From sequence record MH051915: a stretch of DNA of 64,000 bases; one strand, 5' to 3'. The translations under genes and the position numbers were made by a program. This DNA comes from Enterobacteria phage vB_EcoM_IME339. Below, piece by piece: positions 28,350-37,983 of the stretch (positions are counted from its first letter, which is position 1; each line of letters begins with the position of its first letter). The notes below the pieces were generated by a model. That model was given only the letters and a program-made list of their open reading frames with translations. It did not search any database and was not told the origin of the DNA.

Positions 28350-28823
28350 ATGTTATTGACTGGCAAATTATACAAAGAAGAAAAACAGAAATTTTATAAT
28401 GCACAAAACGGTAAATGCTTAATTTGCCAACGAGAACTAAATCCTGATGTTCAAGCTAATCACCTCGACCATGACCACGAATTAAATGGACCAAAAGCAG
28501 GAAAGGTGCGTGGATTGCTCTGTAATCTTTGCAATGCAGCGGAAGGTCAAATGAAGCATAAATTTAATCGTTCTGGCTTAAAGGGACAAGGTGTTGATTA
28601 TCTTGAATGGTTAGAAAATTTACTTACTTATTTAAAATCCGATTACACCCAAAATAATATTCACCCTAACTTCGTTGGAGATAAATCAAAGGAATTTTCT
28701 CGTTTAGGAAAAGAGGAAATGATGGCTGAGATGCTTCAAAGAGGATTTGAATATAATGAATCTGACACTAAAACACAATTAATAGCTTCATTTAAGAAGC
28801 AGCTTAGAAAGAGTTTAAAATGA
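28350..28823 (+). CDS. 49: endonuclease VII (Holliday junction resolvase, gp49)
   Basis: 157 aa; zinc-site CLICQ...C..C; HNH-like LDHDHELNG; matches remembered T4 endo VII. Confidence 0.92.
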   Translation: MLLTGKLYKEEKQKFYNAQNGKCLICQRELNPDVQANHLDHDHELNGPKAGKVRGLLCNLCNAAEGQMKHKFNRSGLKGQGVDYLEWLENLLTYLKSDYTQNNIHPNFVGDKSKEFSRLGKEEMMAEMLQRGFEYNESDTKTQLIASFKKQLRKSLK

Positions 28824-30637
28824 CAATTGAAAAAGAAATTGAAGGATTGATTCATAAAACTAATAAAGACCTTTTGAACGAGAATGCTAATAAAGATTCT
28901 CGTGTTTTTCCAACTCAACGGGACCTTATGGCTGGTATTGTGTCTAAACACATTGCCAAAAATATGGTCCCGTCTTTTATTATGAAAGCGCATGAAAGCG
29001 GAATTATCCATTTCCATGATATTGATTATTCCCCTGCTCTTCCATTTACTAATTGCTGTTTAGTAGATTTAAAAGGAATGCTTGAAAACGGATTTAAGCT
29101 CGGTAATGCGCAGATTGAAACTCCTAAATCAATCGGCGTTGCTACTGCAATTATGGCACAAATTACTGCACAGGTTGCTTCCCATCAATATGGCGGAACG
29201 ACTTTTGCGAATGTAGATAAAGTACTTTCTCCTTATGTTAAACGCACCTATGCAAAACATATTGAGGATGCAGAAAAATGGCAAATCGCTGATGCGTTGA
29301 ATTATGCCCAATCTAAAACAGAAAAAGACGTATACGATGCATTCCAAGCTTATGAATATGAAGTAAATACTCTCTTTAGTTCAAATGGACAAACGCCTTT
29401 TGTAACAATTACATTTGGTACGGGAACTGACTGGACTGAACGAATGATTCAGAAAGCAATTCTGAAAAATCGTATTAAAGGCCTTGGCCGTGATGGAATA
29501 ACTCCTATTTTCCCTAAGCTTGTTATGTTCGTTGAAGAGGGTGTCAATCTTTATAAAGATGATCCGAACTATGATATTAAGCAGCTTGCGTTAGAATGTG
29601 CAAGCAAAAGAATGTATCCTGATATTATTTCAGCTAAGAACAATAAAGCTATCACCGGTTCATCTATTCCTGTTTCTCCAATGGGTTGCCGTAGTTTCTT
29701 AAGCGTATGGAAAGATTCGACTGGTAATGAAATTCTTGATGGACGTAATAATCTCGGTGTTGTAACACTGAATCTTCCTCGCATTGCGTTAGATTCTTAT
29801 ATTGGAACACAATTCAATGAACAGAAATTTGCCGAATTGTTCAATGAACGAATGGATTTGTGTTTTGAAGCTTTGATGTGTAGAATTAGTTCCTTAAAAG
29901 GAGTTAAAGCGACCGTTGCTCCTATTCTTTACCAAGAAGGTGCATTCGGGGTTCGTCTTAAACCTGATGACGACATAATTGAGTTATTTAAAAACGGTAG
30001 AAGTTCAGTGTCCCTAGGATACATTGGTATTCACGAATTGAATATTCTTGTCGGTCGTGATATTGGACAGGAAATTTTGACTAAAATGAATGCTCGTCTT
30101 AAACGGTGGACTGAAAGAACCGGTTTTGCTTTTAGCTTGTATTCTACTCCTGCTGAAAACCTGTGCTATCGCTTCTGTAAACTTGATACTGAAAAATATG
30201 GAAGTGTAAAAGATGTTACTGATAAAGGCTGGTACACTAATAGTTTCCATGTTTCAGTAGAAGAAAATATTACTCCGTTTGAAAAGATTTCTCGCGAAGC
30301 CCCATATCATTTCATTGCGACAGGTGGTCACATTTCTTATGTTGAACTTCCTGATATGAAAAATAACTTAAAAGGTCTTGAGGCTGTATGGGATTATGCT
30401 GCACAACATTTAGATTATTTTGGTGTTAACATGCCAGTAGATAAATGTTTTACATGTGGAAGTACCCATGAAATGACTCCTACTGAAAACGGATTTGTTT
30501 GTTCTATTTGTGGAGAAACTGATCCTAAAAAGATGAATACGATAAGAAGAACTTGTGGTTATTTGGGAAATCCGAACGAACGCGGATTTAATCTCGGCAA
30601 AAATAAAGAAATCATGCATAGGGTTAAACACCAATGA
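28820..30637 (+). CDS. nrdD: anaerobic ribonucleoside-triphosphate reductase NrdD (intron-free)
   Basis: 605 aa contiguous ORF; C-terminal zinc ribbon CFTCGS...CSICG and glycyl-radical motif RRTCGYLGN. Confidence 0.95.
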   Translation: MTIEKEIEGLIHKTNKDLLNENANKDSRVFPTQRDLMAGIVSKHIAKNMVPSFIMKAHESGIIHFHDIDYSPALPFTNCCLVDLKGMLENGFKLGNAQIETPKSIGVATAIMAQITAQVASHQYGGTTFANVDKVLSPYVKRTYAKHIEDAEKWQIADALNYAQSKTEKDVYDAFQAYEYEVNTLFSSNGQTPFVTITFGTGTDWTERMIQKAILKNRIKGLGRDGITPIFPKLVMFVEEGVNLYKDDPNYDIKQLALECASKRMYPDIISAKNNKAITGSSIPVSPMGCRSFLSVWKDSTGNEILDGRNNLGVVTLNLPRIALDSYIGTQFNEQKFAELFNERMDLCFEALMCRISSLKGVKATVAPILYQEGAFGVRLKPDDDIIELFKNGRSSVSLGYIGIHELNILVGRDIGQEILTKMNARLKRWTERTGFAFSLYSTPAENLCYRFCKLDTEKYGSVKDVTDKGWYTNSFHVSVEENITPFEKISREAPYHFIATGGHISYVELPDMKNNLKGLEAVWDYAAQHLDYFGVNMPVDKCFTCGSTHEMTPTENGFVCSICGETDPKKMNTIRRTCGYLGNPNERGFNLGKNKEIMHRVKHQ

Positions 30638-31104
30638 ATTATGATAGATTTTATCCTTGCGATTTTGTGAATGGCCCTGGATGCAGGGTCGTTCTTTTCG
30701 TTACAGGTTGTTTGCATAAATGCGAAGGGTGTTATAATAAATCAACATGGAATGCTAGAAATGGCGTTCCATTCACTGGTGAAACACTGGAACAATTAAT
30801 TGAATGTTTGAATAATGATTATATAGAAGGATTAACTATAACTGGAGGAGACCCTCTCTATCCTGATAACCGAGATGTTATTCACTCTGTGGTTCAAACA
30901 GTAAAAAATCTTTATCCAAATAAAAGCATTTGGTTGTGGACAGGATATAAATTTGAAGATATTAAACAACTAGAAATGCTTAAATATGTTGATGTTATTA
31001 TTGATGGGAAGTATGAGAAAAATCTTCCTACCAAAAAGCTGTGGCGAGGATCAGATAATCAGCGACTTTGGTCAAATACCGATGGGGTGTGGAAACATGA
31101 TTAA
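30634..31104 (+). CDS. nrdG: anaerobic RNR activating enzyme NrdG (radical SAM)
   Basis: 156 aa; radical-SAM-like CLHKCEGCYN cluster; ATGA overlap with nrdD. Confidence 0.9.
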   Translation: MNYDRFYPCDFVNGPGCRVVLFVTGCLHKCEGCYNKSTWNARNGVPFTGETLEQLIECLNNDYIEGLTITGGDPLYPDNRDVIHSVVQTVKNLYPNKSIWLWTGYKFEDIKQLEMLKYVDVIIDGKYEKNLPTKKLWRGSDNQRLWSNTDGVWKHD

Positions 31105-31219
31105 ATTGAATTATATTATGGACACTATAAATGATATGATTTTTCATTTTGGTCCAGAATTTTATTCGCAATATAGTTTAGTGCTTATCAATGCTTGGTT
31201 AATCAATTAAGGGTAAAAT

Positions 31220-31432
31220 ATGTATAAATTTCGTAAAGGTTTAGCTGATTTTCTTACAACCGTAACATTCTTTTTGTTTATGGCAGTTGGAGCTATTTTC
31301 CTTATTCCTTTTATTGTTATATTTTTCGTGATTAGTTTGATTTCTCCAGAAAAAGGACTGTCTTCTAGCGAGTTCAATGAGCGTTTGGATAAAATTACTA
31401 ATAAGCTGAATGCTGCTCTTAGTAAGGAATAG
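31220..31432 (+). CDS. small membrane protein
   Basis: 70 aa, central hydrophobic helix. Confidence 0.45.
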   Translation: MYKFRKGLADFLTTVTFFLFMAVGAIFLIPFIVIFFVISLISPEKGLSSSEFNERLDKITNKLNAALSKE

Positions 31433-31434
31433 TT

Positions 31435-31743
31435 GTGAAACAAAACAAGATTGAAGTCTATGGAATTCCAGATGAAGTAGGTCGTTGTCCTGGATGTCAA
31501 TCAGTTACAAAACTTCTAAAGGAGCTCAATGCTCCTTTTACTTTCTATAAAGTTCTTACAAATAATGGTAAGATCGAGTATGATCGTCCACTGATTGTAT
31601 CTCTTGCTAAACGCGCTGGATTCACATCTCTTAACATTCGTTATCCAGTCATTTTCATCAATGATTCTAGACAAAAGAACATTAAACACTTCAAAGAAAC
31701 TCTCATTTCACTTGGATATGATAGAGATATCATAGAAGACTAA
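31435..31743 (+). CDS. nrdH: glutaredoxin-like protein NrdH
   Basis: 102 aa (GTG start in track) with CPGC redox motif. Confidence 0.7.
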   Translation: MKQNKIEVYGIPDEVGRCPGCQSVTKLLKELNAPFTFYKVLTNNGKIEYDRPLIVSLAKRAGFTSLNIRYPVIFINDSRQKNIKHFKETLISLGYDRDIIED

Positions 31744-31745
31744 GA

Positions 31746-31770
31746 CGGGCCCTCTGGGCCTTTCTTTCTA
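31746..31770 (+). terminator. terminator-like hairpin
   Basis: gggccctctgggcc followed by T-rich tttctttc. Confidence 0.4.
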
Positions 31771-31839
31771 ACATTCTGTATATTACCATTCTAAGCTATC
31801 GTTCCCTTCTTATCATTCCCTAAAATAATTTTCACAAAG

Positions 31840-31873
31840 TTGTTTACAACAAGTTCAAACTGTGGTATTATTA
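31840..31873 (+). promoter_or_regulatory. T4-type early promoter
   Basis: ttttcacaaagttGTTTACAacaagttcaaactgtggTATTAT. Confidence 0.55.
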
Positions 31874-32069
31874 ACATATGAATTGCCTTTGAGGAATTGA
31901 TATGGTTGATAAAGAGATTAAAAAGATCAGTATTATCGTGTTAACGGACATATTGTTATTGTTACAGCAGTAGATGATTTTGAGGTTCACTATACTTTAC
32001 TTAAATGGAATAAACGCTTGATTTGTGATCGTGCTGTATTTAGTTCAGTTGCTAAGGAAATTAAACTCC

Positions 32070-32363
32070 ATGGGTAAAACGTATCGTCGTAAAGACTTGA
32101 AAGTTTGTGATTATGACTATTTTGGAAAGCGTAAAGCTCCTGATGGTGTAAGTCATAAAGATATGGTCGAAAACATTTTTCGCTCTGATAAATGGCGTAG
32201 AATGAAAGGCATTGATTCAGAAGTTAAAGATGAGCTAAATCGCCAATTACGTGGTGAAGTAAGAAAGTTGAAAAAATCAGTTTACATTGACGATGATTTT
32301 GATTACAATACTTCTCAACGAGTTGCTAAGCGTAAATCAAACGAGTGTTATCGTTATAACTGA
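32070..32363 (+). CDS. basic hypothetical protein
   Basis: ATG 32070 (ORF track 32025); Lys/Arg-rich. Confidence 0.45.
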   Translation: MGKTYRRKDLKVCDYDYFGKRKAPDGVSHKDMVENIFRSDKWRRMKGIDSEVKDELNRQLRGEVRKLKKSVYIDDDFDYNTSQRVAKRKSNECYRYN

Positions 32364-32502
32364 GGAAAATATGAATATCAAACGCATGCTTTTTAAACAA
32401 GGATTATACACTTTAAATGTTGCTCCAAAAGGCGATACGACCAAGTGGTCAGTAAATGACTGGATTAAATTTATTGATGAAAATGGTAACTGGAAAATTT
32501 AA

Positions 32503-32703
32503 ATGAATCCTGAATCTAAATTATCGCAACGAATTGCTGAAGCTCGTCGTCAGTTCTTTGAAAATATGATAGCCCAAGGTATTGATGACGAAGTTTTTCT
32601 AAACTGGTTTTGGAATCACAAATATTCAAAATGCGCAGGAGCAATATTAATATCAGCTGCAATGATGTACGAAGGCTGGAAGGGTGCCAAAAAAATTAGC
32701 TAA
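32503..32703 (+). CDS. hypothetical protein
   Basis: 66 aa ORF. Confidence 0.45.
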   Translation: MNPESKLSQRIAEARRQFFENMIAQGIDDEVFLNWFWNHKYSKCAGAILISAAMMYEGWKGAKKIS

Positions 32704-32720
32704 GGGCTTCGGCCCTTTTG
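32701..32720 (+). terminator. intrinsic terminator
   Basis: aagggcttcggccc + ttttgg. Confidence 0.65.
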
Positions 32721-32754
32721 GATAATAAAATTTTAATGTAATTGAGGATAATGT

Positions 32755-33081
32755 ATGACTATTCAAATTAAAAACGCCATCAATTCTTATGCATATGATA
32801 AAGTAGTTTCTTTGCTAGAAAAAGGTGATATTGTAACTCCTCAAATTTTGGATAAATGGGAAAAAGAGCTTCATCAGACGATGAAACAGAATGATCAGAA
32901 GATTGGGCGCAATACTGTCCGTGAATTGTTGGTTCAATATATCTTGTCAGAATTTGATGTTAAAGCTTTTGGCGTAGAATCTAAAGCTTATCAAAAGCAT
33001 GAAATTTCCGATAAAACTATTCGTCGTATGAAAAATCAACGCAAGAAAAAATTTGCTGACCTGAAAATTGCTAAGGTATGA
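32755..33081 (+). CDS. hypothetical protein
   Basis: 108 aa ORF with gaggataatgtATG RBS. Confidence 0.5.
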   Translation: MTIQIKNAINSYAYDKVVSLLEKGDIVTPQILDKWEKELHQTMKQNDQKIGRNTVRELLVQYILSEFDVKAFGVESKAYQKHEISDKTIRRMKNQRKKKFADLKIAKV

Positions 33082-33299
33082 ATATGAACGAAGCTCTTAT
33101 TAACGATTTGCGTCTTGCCGGATATGAAGTAAATACAAATGGCATTGGTTTAACTCAAATTGAAGGAAATGGATTCATCCTTGAGTATGAATTTAGCCAA
33201 TGGTGGTTATACGCTAATTATGGCGAATTGATTGAATACGTTGACCAGTTTGATTCACTAGATGCAGCTCTTGAAGCGGCTAAGTTGATGAATGTATGA
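33078..33299 (+). CDS. hypothetical protein
   Basis: 73 aa, ATGA overlap. Confidence 0.45.
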   Translation: MNMNEALINDLRLAGYEVNTNGIGLTQIEGNGFILEYEFSQWWLYANYGELIEYVDQFDSLDAALEAAKLMNV

Positions 33300-33565
33300 A
33301 ATTAATTAATATTTCTATTACTATTGAAAATTATGGAATTTTCTACGTTGATCAATACATGAAAATTTCATTTTTCCCAAATAAGACTGGTGTTGGATAT
33401 TGGGAAAGCCATGTTTCTGAATTAAATGAAAGTGAATATGCTAGCACACATGAAAAGTTTTTAGACTTTTTATATCATGCTGATTTAACTAGTCATTACA
33501 TAGATATTCATGAATTTAAAAAGATGATGGAAAAAGTGTTCCAAGCATACTGCTTACTTAGATAA
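33296..33565 (+). CDS. hypothetical protein
   Basis: 89 aa, ATGA overlap. Confidence 0.45.
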   Translation: MKLINISITIENYGIFYVDQYMKISFFPNKTGVGYWESHVSELNESEYASTHEKFLDFLYHADLTSHYIDIHEFKKMMEKVFQAYCLLR

Positions 33566-33643
33566 CTGATATCCTCTATGCTTTAAGATAGATCTTCAAA
33601 TATTATGATATAATAGATCTATGAATTGAGCTAAGAGGTGAAA

Positions 33644-34201
33644 ATGTCAGAAACTAAGCCTAAATATAATTACGTAAACAATAAAGAGCTTTTACAAGCT
33701 ATTATTGATTGGAAAACAGAATTAGCAAATAATAAAGACCCAAATAAAGTAGTTCGTCAGAATGATACTATCGGATTAGCCATTATGCTTATCGCAGAAG
33801 GCTTATCTAAACGTTTCAACTTTTCAGGATACACCCAATCCTGGAAACAAGAAATGATTGCAGATGGTATAGAAGCTTCTATTAAGGGGCTTCATAATTT
33901 TGATGAAACGAAATATAAAAACCCACATGCATATATAACTCAAGCTTGTTTTAATGCATTCGTCCAACGTATTAAAAAAGAACGTAAGGAAGTTGCAAAG
34001 AAATACAGTTACTTCGTTCACAATGTCTATGACAGTCGTGACGACGATATGGTTGCGTTAGTAGATGAAACTTTTATTCAAGACATCTACGATAAAATGA
34101 CGCATTACGAAGAATCAACCTATAGAACACCGGGGGCTGAAAAGAAAAGTGTTGTAGACGATTCTCCTAGTTTGGATTTTTTATATGAGGCTAACGATTA
34201 A
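33644..34201 (+). CDS. 55: late-transcription sigma factor gp55
   Basis: 185 aa from ATG 33644: [26 protein letters not shown]...; matches remembered T4 gp55. Confidence 0.9.
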
Positions 34202-34403
34202 CCTCTCCGGATTCTTGGAAGAAATACCTGAAGTTGAAGCTATTCCCTATTTACTTAAAATGTATCTCAGGGAAGTTTTAGCTCTTGACATTGATATTGA
34301 TCCAGAAAATCCGTATGATACCGCTTTTAAATCTAATGGTGTAGAATTAAACTATCGGTATCATTTAACAGATGATGATTTTTATTTTATATTAGAGAAA
34401 TAA
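34185..34403 (+). CDS. small acidic hypothetical protein
   Basis: 72 aa ORF overlapping 3' end of gene 55 by 17 nt. Confidence 0.4.
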
Positions 34404-34404
34404 T

Positions 34405-34722
34405 ATGACTGATAAACCCGAAATTAATGATGAAGTGGAAAAGCTTATTTCTTCTATTGAAGAAAAGAACCGTCTTGAAGCAGAAAGAAAAGCAAATAAG
34501 TTATTGTCTAAAAACAAACGCGAACTGAACCGTCTTTATAAGCACGCTCAGATTGCAGCTGAAAACAATAATTTTGCTCAATACGAATATGCTATCAAGA
34601 AAAGTCGGGATATTCTAAAACAGCCATATAACGATGAACTCATTAGTATTCTTTGGAAGACTACTAGATCGCAGATTGAGGATATGATTGATGCTTACAC
34701 GCGTAAAATTCAAGCGTCTTAA
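34405..34722 (+). CDS. coiled-coil hypothetical protein
   Basis: 105 aa ORF. Confidence 0.5.
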   Translation: MTDKPEINDEVEKLISSIEEKNRLEAERKANKLLSKNKRELNRLYKHAQIAAENNNFAQYEYAIKKSRDILKQPYNDELISILWKTTRSQIEDMIDAYTRKIQAS

Positions 34723-34894
34723 AATTAATGCAGGATTTACTGAATCTTTGAACGGTCATCTTTGTGTGAAAATTTCTGAAAAAGAATACCATGATAGTTC
34801 AATTAAAGAAGTTAATCCTCCTATTGTAAGAGCAGACCCTAATATGAAAGTGTGGGTTGATTCCTATCAAGTCAAAAAATGGTGGCAGCTGTGA
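34688..34894 (+). CDS. small hypothetical protein
   Basis: 68 aa ORF; start uncertain (34688 or 34691). Confidence 0.4.
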   Translation: MMLTRVKFKRLKINAGFTESLNGHLCVKISEKEYHDSSIKEVNPPIVRADPNMKVWVDSYQVKKWWQL

Positions 34895-34897
34895 AAG

Positions 34898-35071
34898 ATG
34901 AACGCCCAGACTTGTGAAATAGATTATAATAAAATTCGTTCCTCTAAAGTAGAAATGATGAGGCGCTTTAAAGAGTCTCATGATAAAGCTAAAGCAGAAG
35001 GAACTATAACACATAAACGTATAAAATTTAGAAGCTCTAATGAGCCTCTGTATGGTGTATTATGCGGATAG
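34898..35071 (+). CDS. small basic hypothetical protein
   Basis: 57 aa ORF not in track. Confidence 0.35.
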   Translation: MNAQTCEIDYNKIRSSKVEMMRRFKESHDKAKAEGTITHKRIKFRSSNEPLYGVLCG

Positions 35072-35087
35072 GAGCTTTGGCTCCTAT

Positions 35088-35113
35088 ATTGCTTTATAAA
35101 TTTTTGGTAAAAT
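35088..35113 (+). promoter_or_regulatory. T4 middle promoter (MotA box + -10) for a-gt
   Basis: atTGCTTTAtaaatttttggTAAAAT; MotA box TGCTTTA, 11 bp spacing to -10. Confidence 0.55.
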
Positions 35114-35137
35114 AAACCAAAACAATGAGGATATTAA

Positions 35138-36340
35138 ATGAAAGTATGTATTTTTATGGCTCGAGGTCTTGAAGGTTGCGGTGTAACTAAATTTTCTCTT
35201 GAGCAACGTGATTGGTTTATTAAAAATGGTCATGAAGTAACTTTGGTTTATGCTAAAGATAAATCATTTACACGTAATTGCGCGCATGATTATAAATCAT
35301 TTTCAATTCCGGTTTTATTGGCAAAAGAATACGATAAAACACTTAAGCTGGTAAATGATTGTGATATTCTAATTATCAATTCAGTTCCTGCTACTTCAGT
35401 CGAAGAAGACACTATTAATAACTATAAAAAAATTATTGATAACATTAAACCTTCAGTTCGTGTTGTAGTTTATCAACATGACCATTCTTCTCTTTCTTTG
35501 CGCCGAAATTTGGGATTAGAAGAAACTGTTCGTCGAGCTGATGTTATTTTTAGTCATTCTGATAATGGTGATTTTAATAAAGTTCTGATGAAAGAATGGT
35601 ATCCAGAAACAGTTTCTCTGTTTGATGATATTGAAGAAGCACCGACTGTATACAACTTTCAGCCTCCTATGGATATTGCGAAGGTTCGATCAACCTACTG
35701 GAAAGATGTTTCTGAAATTAACATGAATGTCAACCGTTGGATTGGTCGTACGACTACATGGAAAGGTTTTTATCAGATGTTTGATTTTCACGAAAAACAT
35801 CTTAAACCTGCTGGACTAAGTACTATTATGGAAGGTCTGGAACGTTCTCCAGCGTTCATTCCTATTAAAGAAAAAGGAATTCCATACGAGTATTATCGTC
35901 TTCATCAAGTAGACCAAATTAAAATTGCTCCTAATTTGCCAACGCAAATTCTCGACCGTTATGTAAATAGCGAAATGCTTGAACGCATGAGTAAATCCGG
36001 ATTTGGTTATCAGTTGAGTAAGTTGGACAAAAAATATCTACAACGTTCTTTAGAATATACTCATCTCGAGCTTGGCGCGTGCGGAACAATTCCAGTATTT
36101 TGGAAATCTACTGGCGAAAATTTAAAATTCCGTGTTGATAATACTCCGTTAATTTCTCATGATAGTGGTATCGTTTGGTTTGATGAAAATGACATGGAAT
36201 CAACATTTGAGCGTATTAAAGAACTGTCATCTGACCGAGCTCTTTATGACTGTGAACGCGAAAAAGCTTATGAATTTTTGTATCAGCATCAAGATTCAAG
36301 CTTCTGCTTTAAAGAACAGTTTGACATTATTACAAAATAA
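35138..36340 (+). CDS. a-gt: DNA alpha-glucosyltransferase
   Basis: 400 aa MKVCIFMARGLEGCGVTKFSLEQRDWFIKNGHEVTLVYAKDKS...; matches remembered T4 alpha-gt. Confidence 0.92.
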   Translation: MKVCIFMARGLEGCGVTKFSLEQRDWFIKNGHEVTLVYAKDKSFTRNCAHDYKSFSIPVLLAKEYDKTLKLVNDCDILIINSVPATSVEEDTINNYKKIIDNIKPSVRVVVYQHDHSSLSLRRNLGLEETVRRADVIFSHSDNGDFNKVLMKEWYPETVSLFDDIEEAPTVYNFQPPMDIAKVRSTYWKDVSEINMNVNRWIGRTTTWKGFYQMFDFHEKHLKPAGLSTIMEGLERSPAFIPIKEKGIPYEYYRLHQVDQIKIAPNLPTQILDRYVNSEMLERMSKSGFGYQLSKLDKKYLQRSLEYTHLELGACGTIPVFWKSTGENLKFRVDNTPLISHDSGIVWFDENDMESTFERIKELSSDRALYDCEREKAYEFLYQHQDSSFCFKEQFDIITK

Positions 36341-36358
36341 AGGGCTTCGGCCCTTTAG
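36341..36358 (+). terminator. UUCG-tetraloop hairpin terminator
   Basis: aagggcttcggccc + ttt. Confidence 0.55.
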
Positions 36359-36382
36359 CTTTATACGGAGTTTGATATAATG
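36355..36382 (+). promoter_or_regulatory. candidate T4 middle promoter for gene 47
   Basis: aGCTTTAtacggagtttgaTATAAT; MotA-like box with 12 bp spacing. Confidence 0.45.
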
Positions 36383-36520
36383 ATATTTCTTGGATATGTG
36401 ATACTTTTTCTCGCATTTTATCTATTCACTAGAGCATGTTGGATTGGGTTCTTTAGCACTCCAGATGGATTTATTTCAATAATTTTATTTTGCATTTCAA
36501 TGACGGTTCTTGATATATGA
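36380..36520 (+). CDS. small hydrophobic peptide
   Basis: 46 aa ORF not in track; stop overlaps gene 47 start. Confidence 0.35.
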   Translation: MIFLGYVILFLAFYLFTRACWIGFFSTPDGFISIILFCISMTVLDI

Positions 36521-37536
36521 AAATTTTAAATTTAGGTGATTGGCATTTAGGTGTTAAAGCCGATGATGAGTGGGTTCAATCCATTCAGTTGGATGGAATT
36601 AAACAAGCAATAGAATATTCTAAGAAAAACGGAATTACTACATGGATTCAATACGGCGATATTTTTGATGTGCGAAAAGCCATCACGCATAAAACTATGG
36701 AGTTCGCTCGTGAAATAGTTCAAATGCTTGATGATGCTGGTATTACCCTACATACTGTCGTAGGAAACCATGATATGCACTTTAAAAATACTTTAACTCC
36801 AAATGCTTCTACCGAGCTTTTGGCTAAATATCCTAATGTTAAAGTATATGATAAGCCTACTACAGTAGATTTTGACGGATGTTTGATTGATTTAATTCCT
36901 TGGATGTGCGAAGAAAATACTGGTGAAATTCTTGAACATATTAAAACTTCATCTGCTTCTTTTTGTGTTGGTCACTGGGAACTGAATGGATTTTATTTTT
37001 ATAAAGGAATGAAATCTCACGGTCTTGAACCTGATTTCCTTAAGACTTATAAAGAGGTATGGTCTGGTCACTTCCATACTATCTCTGAGGCTGCTAACGT
37101 CAGATATATTGGGACACCATGGACACTAACTGCAGGTGACGAGAATGACCCTCGCGGGTTCTGGATGTTTGATACAGAAACAGAACGAATGGAATTTATT
37201 CCAAACAACACTACCTGGCATCGTCGAATTCAATATCCATTTAAGGGAAAAATTGACTATAAAGATTTTACAAATCTATCAGTGCGTGTTATAGTAACTG
37301 AAGTAGACAAAAATCTAACGAAGTTCGAATCTGAACTAGAAAAAGTTGTGCATTCATTACGAGTTGTGTCAAAGATTGATAACTCAGTCGAGTCAGATGA
37401 TAGTGAAGAAGTTGAAGTTCAATCTCTTCAGACGTTGATGGAAGAATACATTAATGCAATTCCAGACATCACTGATTCTGACCGCGAAGCACTTATTCAA
37501 TATGCAAATCAGTTATATGTAGAGGCAACACAATGA
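36517..37536 (+). CDS. 47: recombination nuclease subunit gp47 (Mre11/SbcD-like)
   Basis: 339 aa; phosphoesterase motifs LGDWHLG, GNHD; matches remembered T4 gp47. Confidence 0.92.
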   Translation: MKILNLGDWHLGVKADDEWVQSIQLDGIKQAIEYSKKNGITTWIQYGDIFDVRKAITHKTMEFAREIVQMLDDAGITLHTVVGNHDMHFKNTLTPNASTELLAKYPNVKVYDKPTTVDFDGCLIDLIPWMCEENTGEILEHIKTSSASFCVGHWELNGFYFYKGMKSHGLEPDFLKTYKEVWSGHFHTISEAANVRYIGTPWTLTAGDENDPRGFWMFDTETERMEFIPNNTTWHRRIQYPFKGKIDYKDFTNLSVRVIVTEVDKNLTKFESELEKVVHSLRVVSKIDNSVESDDSEEVEVQSLQTLMEEYINAIPDITDSDREALIQYANQLYVEATQ

Positions 37537-37796
37537 CTTTTGATGAATTTAAAAATGTTATGATGAGTCAGCATTTTGAATGCGAAGTAAAAGATGATAT
37601 TGGGCATAAAGAAATTATTGAATACTGGTTTGAACCGCTAGAGGTTGAAGATGATTGTATTAAAAAGGTTACGGTCTGCACTGACTGGGCTGTATCTTTT
37701 AACTTCAACATTTTAGATAATGACACACCTAAATCATTACAAGATATGGCTGTATCTTGTATTAAGGATGCATACTGTGAAGTTTTCGACATTTGA
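37533..37796 (+). CDS. hypothetical protein (46.2 position)
   Basis: 87 aa, ATGA overlap with 47. Confidence 0.5.
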   Translation: MTFDEFKNVMMSQHFECEVKDDIGHKEIIEYWFEPLEVEDDCIKKVTVCTDWAVSFNFNILDNDTPKSLQDMAVSCIKDAYCEVFDI

Positions 37797-37983
37797 CATT
37801 AACGATGAATTCGTAGCAAATATTGATTACACCGAAGAAGATTCTAGATATGTTGGAATAATTTATATCACATCAAAAGCAGCGCAAGGTGTTGTTTGCA
37901 TGGCTGAATTTGATGAATACTTTTTAGATTATGATGATATGATAGAATGGTCTAAAAGATACATTAAAAGGAATCTTTTGTGA
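37720..37983 (+). CDS. hypothetical protein (46.1 position); start uncertain
   Basis: ORF track 37720 overlaps upstream gene; true start probably internal. Confidence 0.4.
   Translation: MTHLNHYKIWLYLVLRMHTVKFSTFDINDEFVANIDYTEEDSRYVGIIYITSKAAQGVVCMAEFDEYFLDYDDMIEWSKRYIKRNLL

Noticed and set aside
33566-33643. Possible MotA-box middle promoter upstream of gene 55
   Set aside because: A TGCTTTA box is present but spacing to any good -10 hexamer is off by 2-3 bp; left uncalled
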